Below are positions 1-8,127 of a DNA stretch of 64,000 bases, one piece after another (the stretch's first letter is position 1; every line of letters starts with the position of its first letter). The translations under genes were made by a program, and so were the position numbers. Under the pieces are notes generated by a model. That model saw nothing but the letters and a program-made list of their open reading frames with translations. It ran no database searches and was not told the DNA's origin. Source of the DNA: a bacterium (GTDB taxonomy: Bacteria; SAR324; NAC60-12); NCBI GenBank assembly GCA_965233585.1, contig CBDDTI010000745.1, forward strand, positions 224,001 through 288,000, in the 5' to 3' direction.

Positions 1-897
1 AATCAGAATTGCTACCGCCAAGCAGACCAGACCACTTCTTATTACCTGAACTGTCATACTTCACTAAAAACATGTCCTGAAATCCTGAATTGGAATTGGT
101 GTGTCCATCAAAATTTCCCCCAGAGTATCCTGTGACGTAAACATTGCCTGCAGAATCCACACTCACTCCTTTTCCATAATCATTACTGCTACTGCCAAGC
201 AACCTAGACCACTTCTTGTTGCCTGAACTGTCATACTTCACTAAAAACATGTCCTTGTCTCCTGAATTAGCATGTCCATCAAAATTTCCTCCAGAGGTTC
301 CTGTGACGTAAACATTGCCTGCTGAATCCACACTCACTCCTTTTCCAGAATCCCAATCGCTACTGCCAAGCAGTTTTGACCACTTCTTCACTCCTGAACT
401 GTCATACTTGACTAAAAACATGTCCCTACCTCCTGAATTGGTCTTTCCATCAAAATTTCCCCCAGAGTCTCCTGTCACATACACATTCCCTGCAGAATCC
501 ACAACCACTCCTCTTCCTTCATCATAACTGCTCGTGCCAAGCAGTTTAGACCACTTCTTCACTCCTGAACTGTCATACTTCACTAAAAACATGTCATCAT
601 ATCTTGAATTGCTGTGTCCATCAAAATTTCCCCCAGAGTATCCTGTGACGTAGACATTGCCTGCAGAATCCACACTCACTCCATATCCATAATCACCACT
701 GCTACTGCCAAGCAGTTTAGACCACTTTTTGTTACCTGAACTGTCATACTTGATTAAAAACATGTCAGAGTATCCTGAATTGGTGTGTCCATCAAAATTT
801 CCCCCAGAGTATCCTGTGACGTAGACATTGCCTGCTGAATCCACACTCACTCCTTCTCCATAATCATGACTGCTACTGCCAAGCAGTTTAGACCACT
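1..897 (-). repeat. Second array of 171-bp blade repeats (5 full units plus 1 partial visible)
   Basis: Anchors at 891, 720, 549, 378, 207, 30; the last interval is 177 bp because of a 6-bp duplication near 88-99. Confidence 0.95.
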
Positions 898-3379
898 GCT
901 TCCCAAAAATCGCTTGGTCGTAGCAATCCCAGTTTGATGCAGGAGTATTGCCTGATGCTTTCACACGGACACAAAGCTGGTCTTTGGCAATGACATCATT
1001 TCCAAAAGGAAACGGACTGGTGCAGTCTTCTAAAGATGTGCCTCCATCTTTGCTACATTCGTGATTTTTCCCTGATGAATCATCAAAAATCAGCTCCTTG
1101 CCTGAAACGACAAGAGACAAAGATGCAAAACTATATTTGACTAAAAACATGTCCTCACTTCCTGAATTGGTGTGTCCATCAAACTTTCCTTCAGAGTATC
1201 CTGTCACATACACATTGCCTGCAGAATCCACACTCACTCCTTTTCCTTCATCATCACTGCTACTGCCAAGCAATTTTGACCACCTCTTATTACCTAATGA
1301 ATCATACTTGACTAAAAACATGTCCCAATTTCCTGAATTGGTGTGTCCATCAAACTTTCCTTCAGAGTATCCTGTGACGTAAACATTGTCTTTAGAGTCC
1401 ACACTCACTCCTTTTCCTTCATCATCACTGCTACTGCCAAGCAGTTGAGACCACTTTTTGTTACCTGAACTGTCATACTTGATTAAAAACATGTCATTTT
1501 CTCCTGAATTGGTGTGTCCATCAAACTTTCCTTCAGAGTATCCTGTGACGTAAACATTGCCTGCAGAATCCACACTCACTCCATATCCATAATCATCACT
1601 GCTACTGCCAAGCAGTTTAGACCACTTTTTGTTACCTGAACTGTCATACTTGATTAAAAACATGTCACTTTTTCCTGAATTGCGATGTCCATCAAAAGCT
1701 CCTTCAGAGTATCCTGTGACGTAAACATTGCCTGAAGAATCCACAACCACTCCGTTTCCATAATCACCACTGCTACTGCCAAGCAGTTTAGACCACTTTT
1801 TGTTACCTGAACTGTCATACTTGATTAAAAACATGTCAGAGTATCCTGAATTGGTGTGTCCATCAAAATTTCCTTCAGAGTATCCTGTGACGTAAACATT
1901 CCCTGCTGAATCCACACTCACTCCATATCCTATATCATTACTGCTAGAGCCAAACAGACGAGACCACTTCTTGTTGCCTGAACTGTCATACTTGATTAAA
2001 AACATGTCACTTTTTCCTGAATTGCTGTGTCCATCAAAATTTCCTTCAGAGTATCCTGTGACGTAAACATTCCCTGCTGAATCCACACTCACTCCTACTC
2101 CATAATCTGAATTGCTAGTGCCAAGCAGTTTAGACCACTTTTTGTTGCCTGAACTGTCATACTTGATTAAAAACATGTCACTTTTTCCTGAATTGCTGTG
2201 TCCATCAAAATTTCCTTTAGTCCACCCTGTGACGTAAGCATTGCCTGCAGAATCCACACTCACTCCATATCCATAATCACTACTGCTACTGCCAAGCAGT
2301 TTAGACCATTGTTTAGTCCAGGGTTTCTCAAAAATCGCTTGGTCGTAGCAATGCCAGTTTGATGCAGGAGTGTTGCCTGATGCTTTGACACGGACACAAA
2401 TCTTGTCAGCTTCAATTGCCTTGTATCCAAAACTAAAGGGGCTGTTGCAGTTGGTTTTTGTGGTGCCTGCATCTTTGGAACATTCATAGCTGTTGCCTGA
2501 AGTCATCATAAAGGTCAGGCTTCTGGCAGACACAGCAAGCGAAGTTGGTGCATTGGGTGCAGTGCTGACAGCGGTGCTTGTCTGGTAAGGACTCCAATCT
2601 CCGTCATCGTCTTTGGTACGAATGCGGAAAGTGTAGCTGGTGGCAGGTTGAAGGGATTGAAAGGTGTAGGTCGTGTTGGCTGTCGTACTTGTGCCTGACC
2701 AGAATCCATTGCCTATTTTGTAGGAGACTTCATAGCCTGAAATGCTACCGTCAGAGTCTGTGGCTGCAGTCCATGAGACTTTGATGCTGTCTGCAGTGAC
2801 ATCGCTGGTGCTGATGTTGCTCGGTTTTTCAGGTGGTTTGTTGGCAGCATAAGAGTCTGGAAAGTTGACTTCGTCAATCCAAGCGGCATCGCTTCCTCCG
2901 CTTACGTGGTCGTCTTTCTGGTAGCACCATTTGAAGGTGTGACTTCCAGCCGAGACAGCATAGCTGGCTTGTGTCCAGCCGATGTTTCCACTTTTGCCAC
3001 CTAGCTTTTCAGCAGAGTCAATGTAGAAGAAGAGTTCGTCATAATTTTGTTCTGAACTGACTTTGTATTGAAATTCTACGTTTCCAGCCGAGACATTGCG
3101 TGTGGTTTGGACGCAGGTTTGTTGATTGTTGCCAATGTTTGCAGACTTGAGGCTTTTGGAAGTGTTGTTTGCCCCGCCAGAGACAACAGACCAGTTGCCT
3201 GTTAAGCCATTTGGCTTATTGCCGTTGTCAAAGTTCCAAGTGCCTGCTTGGCTGACTTCGTTTTCTTCTTCTGAAAATTTTGAAAAACCTGAAGTTTCTG
3301 AAGTGTTGAGATTATCCCAGTTACAACCACCGAAGACTAGCACGATTAAAAACGAATAGATGAAAAATTTCATGTTCAT
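1..3379 (-). CDS. Large surface lipoprotein (3' end beyond window): lipoprotein signal, beta-sandwich head, FN3, 4-Cys linker domain, 7x57-aa SBBP-type beta-propeller, second linker, second propeller
   Basis: Not in the ORF track because it runs off the edge; translated by hand from ATG 3379: MNMKFFIYSFLIVLVFGGC (lipobox), then ...SSEQNYDELFFYID..., FN3 (KVSWTAATDSDG...YTFRIRTKDDDG), then 171-bp repeats KWSKLLGSSSDDYGYGVSVDSAGNVYVTGYSEGNFDGHTNSGKSDMFLIKYDSSGNK; frame stays consistent to base 1. Confidence 0.9.
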   Translation of the reverse strand, partial: MNMKFFIYSFLIVLVFGGCNWDNLNTSETSGFSKFSEEENEVSQAGTWNFDNGNKPNGLTGNWSVVSGGANNTSKSLKSANIGNNQQTCVQTTRNVSAGNVEFQYKVSSEQNYDELFFYIDSAEKLGGKSGNIGWTQASYAVSAGSHTFKWCYQKDDHVSGGSDAAWIDEVNFPDSYAANKPPEKPSNISTSDVTADSIKVSWTAATDSDGSISGYEVSYKIGNGFWSGTSTTANTTYTFQSLQPATSYTFRIRTKDDDGDWSPYQTSTAVSTAPNAPTSLAVSARSLTFMMTSGNSYECSKDAGTTKTNCNSPFSFGYKAIEADKICVRVKASGNTPASNWHCYDQAIFEKPWTKQWSKLLGSSSSDYGYGVSVDSAGNAYVTGWTKGNFDGHSNSGKSDMFLIKYDSSGNKKWSKLLGTSNSDYGVGVSVDSAGNVYVTGYSEGNFDGHSNSGKSDMFLIKYDSSGNKKWSRLFGSSSNDIGYGVSVDSAGNVYVTGYSEGNFDGHTNSGYSDMFLIKYDSSGNKKWSKLLGSSSGDYGNGVVVDSSGNVYVTGYSEGAFDGHRNSGKSDMFLIKYDSSGNKKWSKLLGSSSDDYGYGVSVDSAGNVYVTGYSEGKFDGHTNSGENDMFLIKYDSSGNKKWSQLLGSSSDDEGKGVSVDSKDNVYVTGYSEGKFDGHTNSGNWDMFLVKYDSLGNKRWSKLLGSSSDDEGKGVSVDSAGNVYVTGYSEGKFDGHTNSGSEDMFLVKYSFASLSLVVSGKELIFDDSSGKNHECSKDGGTSLEDCTSPFPFGNDVIAKDQLCVRVKASGNTPASNWDCYDQAIFGKQWSKLLGSSSHDYGEGVSVDSAGNVYVTGYSGGNFDGHTNSGYSDMFLIKYDSSGNKKWSKLLGSSSGDYGYGVSVDSAGNVYVTGYSGGNFDGHSNSRYDDMFLVKYDSSGVKKWSKLLGTSSYDEGRGVVVDSAGNVYVTGDSGGNFDGKTNSGGRDMFLVKYDSSGVKKWSKLLGSSDWDSGKGVSVDSAGNVYVTGTSGGNFDGHANSGDKDMFLVKYDSSGNKKWSRLLGSSSNDYGKGVSVDSAGNVYVTGYSGGNFDGHTNSNSGFQDMFLVKYDSSGNKKWSGLLGGSNSD
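1133..2310 (-). repeat. Seven tandem 171-bp (57-aa) propeller-blade repeats
   Basis: GACCA anchors at 2304, 2133, 1962, 1791, 1620, 1449, 1278 (exact 171-bp period). Confidence 0.95.
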
Positions 3380-3452
3380 TGTGTTGTTTTGAATTAAAAA
3401 TTTAAAGAAGCAAAAGATGTTTGTGCACATTCCCCTCTCTACATTCTCTTGC

Positions 3453-3480
3453 AGTCTAGCACAGGTACAAAAAAACACAA
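3453..3480 (-). promoter_or_regulatory. Putative sigma70 promoter of the propeller lipoprotein gene
   Basis: Minus strand TTGTGT-16 bp-TAGACT with TGn extended -10; directly abuts the IS target duplication. Confidence 0.45.
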
Positions 3481-3488
3481 GACTAATC

Positions 3489-4248
3489 GGCATTGTTAAG
3501 TAATAAGTGATAGCTGATTATTCCGTTTTGCCATGAACAAAAGAACAGAATATTGTAATGCTTTAAGAGACTTGCTGTAACATTTGGTTTTCCTTCTCAT
3601 TCTTGCCAAGAAATGTCTCAAGAGAGAATTATACCCTTCTATCGTGTATGTTTCTGCCTTGGAACATGTATGAATTTCTTTGGGAATGACTTGTTTGTAA
3701 GCCTTGCAGTGATCAGTCATCACCTGAAGAGGTTTTGTTTCCTTGACCTTGTCCCATAAATGCCTACAGGCTTTTGAGTCTCTGTTTCCAAGCACACAAT
3801 TGATAAATTGCTTCCCACATCTATCAACAGCAATCCAGAGCCAGCAGTAGTTTTTTTTGACTGGATGTAGGTGTGCATTTCATCAATTTCCATAATTTCA
3901 ATGTCTGTGTCCTTTCTTAATGCCTTGAGCTGTTCGCCAAAACTACAGACCCAATTATAAACTGAAACATGAGAACAATTCAGCAAACGACCGATTGACC
4001 TGAAACCAAGACCCTCCAAATACAACTCTAATGCTCTTCTTTTGATCTGTGGTGAGATTTGACCACGATAGGACTTGGTATATTGATAGTTGCAGGCATT
4101 GCAACGCCTCCTCGGTTTACCATATAAAAAACCATTCTTAACCGTCTTCTCACTTTCACATCTAGGACACGACTTCATTGCTACACCATGACTATCAATT
4201 CAATTAAATGAACTTAATATCGCATATCACTTATAGTTTAACAATACC
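3489..4248 (-). mobile_element. IS1-family insertion sequence (760 bp) with 8-bp target-site duplication
   Basis: Imperfect terminal IRs GGCATTGTTAAGTAATAAGTGATA / GGTATTGTTAAACTATAAGTGATA; direct repeat GACTAATC at 3481-3488 and 4249-4256; insA/insB-type ORFs. Confidence 0.95.
3496..4178 (-). CDS. IS1-family transposase InsAB, -1 programmed frameshift
   Basis: InsA Zn ribbon (CPRC...CNAC) and HTH; A8C slippery run (T8 at 3851-3858) joins EIDEMHTYIQSKK to KNYCWLWIAVDR...TDH...IEGYNSLLRHFLAR. Confidence 0.9.
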
Positions 4249-6124
4249 GACTAATCTTAGGATAAAAGTGAGATTGTGGGTCAAGTTCAGCAATGGCATC
4301 ATCGCCAAAACTAAAGGGGCTGTTGCAGTTGGTTTTGGTTGTGCCAGCATCTTTGGAGCATTCATAGCTGCTGCCTGAAGTCATCATAAAAGTCAGGCTT
4401 CTAGCAGAGACAGCAAGCGCAGTTGGTGCATTGGGTGCAGTGCTGACAGCCGTGCTTTGTTGGTAAGCACTCCAGTCTCCCTCGTCATCTTTGGCACGAA
4501 CACGGAAGGTGTAGCTGGTGTTAGGCTGGAGTGATTGAAAAGTGTAGGTTGTGCTAGCTGTCATGCTTGTTCCTGTCCAGAATCCATCACCTGCTTTGTA
4601 AGATATTTCATAGTTTGCAATGACTCCGTCAGAATCTGTGGCAGCAGACCATGAAACCTTGATACTGGAGCCTGTCACTTGGCTGGTGCTGATGTTGCTG
4701 GGTTTTTCAGGGGGTTTGTTGGCAGCAGGTAGCGTCTGGACAGGTTTGCTTTCTGCCTCCTCACTCCAAGCATTTTCATCATCTTTGGCACGAACACGAA
4801 AGGTGTAGCTGGTTTCAGGTTGAAGTCCTGATACAATCAAATTGGTTTGAGTGGTGGTTTGTGTTCCAGTCCATGACCCGCTACTTGTCTTGTAAGAGAC
4901 TTCATAACCTGCCACTTCACCATCAGAATCTGCTGAAGGCGACCAACTGACTTTGACACTGCTGGCTTTGACCTCGCTTGTTTTCACTTCACTTGGCGTG
5001 CTGGGTTTTTCATTTGGCACAACAACTTGACCCTTGCCCAAATCTGTCTTCTTCAGAGTCAAATCTGTTTGTAGCTTAAAACTGGCGTTCGTTTTTTTAT
5101 CTAACTGAAAGGGTTGACTCTCTGTCAAGGTTTGACCTGTGTCTAAACTAATCACAGAAAAGAAGAAATCATCAGCGTAATACTTCTCCTTTGGCAAAAT
5201 CGTCACAGGTGTAGAAGATTGCTTGCCAACGACCTCACAACTGCACTCTACATTAGACAGAGGTTGGTCGCTCTTTCTCACCATCAGCATCACATCTTGG
5301 GCAGAGGCATTCAGAAACTTGATCTTCGCACCATTGAAAATGGTCTTGTTGGGAATGAACACCAGTTTAGTGTCTCCTTTGTTAAAGACCAGATTTTTAG
5401 AAAAGACAGGTTTTGTAAAGTCAATGCCTCCTGATGGGTTGTGTAGGTAAAACACGAGTTGTTTGTAGCCGATGGGGATTTGAATCCGATAGTTAGACTG
5501 ACCAGCCTGAACCACTCCGATTTGCTTGTTCCTTGAACTGCCTTGAAAAATAGACACCAATCCAGAACGATTGTTTTTGACCAGCAATGTTCCGTAATCT
5601 TGTTTCACCTCGCTGGCTTCCAGCACAAAGCTGGATTCGGCTGTTGGAATGAACTCACTTTGCACAAAAGCTGTTGGCATCTTGGTCTCATCGCAATCTG
5701 CTTTGAAGTAGTCCTTGACTTCTGGCATCTTGAATCCAAACACCATGACCGTGGAAGAGGTGCGTTTTGAAATGTCCACTTTCACCCCATTTTGCTTGCC
5801 TCCAATGACAGCCATCACATCATCAGCATTCAGACTGCTGGAATACGACAGCAGCACATCTTCATCTAGTGAGTTGAAGATGGCAAGGTTGCCTGTGCCT
5901 TGCGTCAGGGTTTTGGGAATCTGCAAACATTGCCCCCCCTGTGCTTGCTGGTTTTTGGTTGGTGGCACTACTTTTTCTGTGACGGTCACGGTAGACACAC
6001 CACCATCGTCACTACTGCAAGCAAAGAGAGTCGTGATGCACAGCAGGCAAACACCTGTCTGGACAACAGAAGGTTTGACAACAGATGCCAAATGAACAAG
6101 ACAACGATTGATGAGCTTTTGCAT
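4238..6124 (-). CDS. Surface lipoprotein with two FN3 domains; C-terminally truncated paralog of the 1-3379 gene
   Basis: Lipobox LFAC; two FN3 domains; last FN3 plus linker closely similar at DNA level to about 2430-2850; homology breaks at about 4297 and the frame stops inside the IS end. Confidence 0.85.
   Translation of the reverse strand: MQKLINRCLVHLASVVKPSVVQTGVCLLCITTLFACSSDDGGVSTVTVTEKVVPPTKNQQAQGGQCLQIPKTLTQGTGNLAIFNSLDEDVLLSYSSSLNADDVMAVIGGKQNGVKVDISKRTSSTVMVFGFKMPEVKDYFKADCDETKMPTAFVQSEFIPTAESSFVLEASEVKQDYGTLLVKNNRSGLVSIFQGSSRNKQIGVVQAGQSNYRIQIPIGYKQLVFYLHNPSGGIDFTKPVFSKNLVFNKGDTKLVFIPNKTIFNGAKIKFLNASAQDVMLMVRKSDQPLSNVECSCEVVGKQSSTPVTILPKEKYYADDFFFSVISLDTGQTLTESQPFQLDKKTNASFKLQTDLTLKKTDLGKGQVVVPNEKPSTPSEVKTSEVKASSVKVSWSPSADSDGEVAGYEVSYKTSSGSWTGTQTTTQTNLIVSGLQPETSYTFRVRAKDDENAWSEEAESKPVQTLPAANKPPEKPSNISTSQVTGSSIKVSWSAATDSDGVIANYEISYKAGDGFWTGTSMTASTTYTFQSLQPNTSYTFRVRAKDDEGDWSAYQQSTAVSTAPNAPTALAVSARSLTFMMTSGSSYECSKDAGTTKTNCNSPFSFGDDAIAELDPQSHFYPKISRYC
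4270..4297 (+). repeat. REP-like palindromic element
   Basis: GAGATTGTGGGTCAAGTTCAGCAATGGC resembles the copies at 6932-6959 and 6438-6466. Confidence 0.7.
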
Positions 6125-6186
6125 AAAAACCTACCTATTAAACAAAATTGAACAAGATGAAGAAAAATTACAAAATCAACAAAACA

Positions 6187-6208
6187 ACAGCACCCCTGCG
6201 GGTGCTGT
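6187..6208 (-). terminator. Terminator-like hairpin within the 5' leader of the FN3 lipoprotein gene
   Basis: 9-bp stem ACAGCACCC/GGGTGCTGT, 4-nt loop, followed by TGTTTTGTT on the minus strand. Confidence 0.6.
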
Positions 6209-6286
6209 CACACGAAAAACTCTCCTCTTGAAATGAAATCTTCATTTGTTTTCAAGATAAGAGTTTTGCGAAAAACCAAAACGGGC

Positions 6287-6314
6287 ATTATGCACGTACA
6301 AAAAAAAAAAACAA
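6287..6314 (-). promoter_or_regulatory. Putative promoter with a T12 tract overlapping the -35 and spacer
   Basis: TTGTTT-16 bp-CATAAT on the minus strand; A12 at 6300-6311. Confidence 0.5.
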
Positions 6315-6437
6315 GTTAAGACTCAGGATTTGAGGAAATTTTTTTGGTTTTTTAAGGAATTTTGAAGATTTTTTGTAAAAAAGAGGAAGATCAGGAAGTC
6401 AGGAAAGATGAAGGTTTGAAAGGTTTTGAAAAAAAAT

Positions 6438-7014
6438 GAGATTGCGGGTCAGGTCCCGCAATGACGGTTTTTAAAGTAAGCCATGACGAAAAGGCAAGCC
6501 ATCAGGTCACAACGTAGGGACAAACCCAAGTGTTTGTCCTGTGTTTTAAGAAGGATGAGATGGCGGACAAGGTGAGCAAATTCCTCTGTCATTCCGTGCT
6601 TGACACGGAATCTCAAAAAATAAGATGAGATTGCGGGTCAGGTCCCGCAATGACGGAAACACAAGCACGCAATGACGGGGGAACACTCTCTCAAACTCTT
6701 CTTTGACTATAAAAGACTTGAAAAATATCACACCAACACCAAGTGAACACTTCCCTGACAAGAGGGGTGTCCCAAAGGGACGGGGTGTTTCAATTTCCCT
6801 CTCTTTTTTTCTGTCACTTGAGTGCTTGATGCGGAATTTCAAAAAGCGAGTCGTTTCTAAAAAAAGTGAACGAAGAAAACAAGAGAGATTGCGGGTCAAG
6901 GTGAGCAATGACGGAGAAATGAGAAAAAGGTGAGATTGCGGGTCAAGTCAGCAATGACGAAAAGGCAAGCCAGCAGATGACAAAGACACCCCTCCAGAGG
7001 AAGGGAATTGAAAC
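6438..7014. repeat. Cluster of REP-like miniature palindromic elements (at least 3 families)
   Basis: GAGATTGCGGGTCA..GCAATGACG at 6438, 6627, 6885, 6932; inverted relative at 6588-6614; GTAG-type REP at 6514-6540; CCC..GAGGGG type at 6751-6791 and 6987-7014. Confidence 0.85.
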
Positions 7015-7160
7015 GTGAAGAAATGAGAAAAGAAAAAGACGTGAAAACTTCAAAAAAATATCTCATTCAAAAATATCTAATAAAAATGATTTTGAGGACA
7101 AAAGAGTTTGTTTGAAAAGTAGGGTGCTTGTGTTAAACTGACTGGCTTTTGGAGTGTTTG

Positions 7161-8108
7161 ATGAAACGGAATCTAAAAGTGGCAGTGGTAGGTGTGGGGT
7201 ATCTTGGGAATTTTCATGCACAGAAGTATCAGCTTTTGCCAGATTGCGAGCTGGTGGCAGTGGTGGATTCTTGCCCAACAAGAGCCAAGCAAATCAGCGA
7301 AGCACTGCAAGTGCCGTGTGTTGCTGATTATTCATCGCTGTCGGGAAATGTTGATGCCGTCAGTGTTGCCTCTCCGACCAGCACCCATTTTGAAATTGCC
7401 AAAACATTGCTGGGACATGGCATTCATCTCTTTGTTGAAAAACCCCTTGCCTCTACGTTGGCAGAATCTGAAGAACTGGCTGATTTAAGTACCAAAAAAG
7501 GTTTGATTTTGCAGGTTGGACACATAGAGCGGTTTAACCTTGCCTTGATGAGTGCTTGGGAAGCAATCCAGAATCCCAGATTTATTGAAGGAACTCGCGT
7601 GGCTCAATTTTCTCCAAGAGGGACTGATGTTGATGTCATCTTTGATTTGATGATTCACGATTTGGATTTGGCGATTGCACTGATGGGAAGGCTACCAGAT
7701 GCTGTGGAGGCAGTGGGGGCTGACGTCTTGACCCCAAACATTGACATTTGCAATGCACGATTAAAATTTGCCAATGATTGCACCATCAATCTCACTGCCA
7801 GTCGTTTTGCTCAAAAAACCGAACGCAAGTGGAGACTCTTCAAAACGGGTACTTGCATCAACCTAGACCTTGCTGAAGGGCAAGCCACACAGTTTCAAGT
7901 CAAGAATCAAGAAATTGCAACAACCAACCTCACTTGCCAGAAGACCGAATCACAAAAATTGACCAAAAAACATGATGCGCTGCTGGAAGAGATTATTGAG
8001 TTTGTGCATTCTGTCCAAAATCAGACTGCCCCCCAAGTAGGTCCAACAGAAGCAGTGCAAGCGATTACTCTGGCAGTTGAAATCAAAAAACAACTTCAGC
8101 AAAGTTAA
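7161..8108 (+). CDS. Gfo/Idh/MocA oxidoreductase (GnnA-like UDP-GlcNAc 3-dehydrogenase)
   Basis: VAVVGVGYLG Rossmann motif, EKP, GHIERFN, DLMIHDLD. Confidence 0.8.
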   Translation: MKRNLKVAVVGVGYLGNFHAQKYQLLPDCELVAVVDSCPTRAKQISEALQVPCVADYSSLSGNVDAVSVASPTSTHFEIAKTLLGHGIHLFVEKPLASTLAESEELADLSTKKGLILQVGHIERFNLALMSAWEAIQNPRFIEGTRVAQFSPRGTDVDVIFDLMIHDLDLAIALMGRLPDAVEAVGADVLTPNIDICNARLKFANDCTINLTASRFAQKTERKWRLFKTGTCINLDLAEGQATQFQVKNQEIATTNLTCQKTESQKLTKKHDALLEEIIEFVHSVQNQTAPQVGPTEAVQAITLAVEIKKQLQQS

Positions 8109-8127
8109 AACGAATTTTTAAAGCAAA

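Noticed and set aside
1..2310. 171-bp periodic repeats as a CRISPR array or DGR template/variable repeats
   Set aside because: The repeats are in-frame coding units with no unique spacers; variation is not obviously adenine-specific and there is no reverse transcriptase in the window
315..3359. Short ORFs from the track (315-527, 1098-1382, 2260-2487, 2515-2709, 2578-2784, 3126-3359)
   Set aside because: Shadow or alternative-frame ORFs of the long minus-strand lipoprotein gene
6546..6933. ORFs 6546-6908 (-) and 6703-6933 (+)
   Set aside because: Composed of translated palindromic repeats (e.g. LTRNL); no protein-like features
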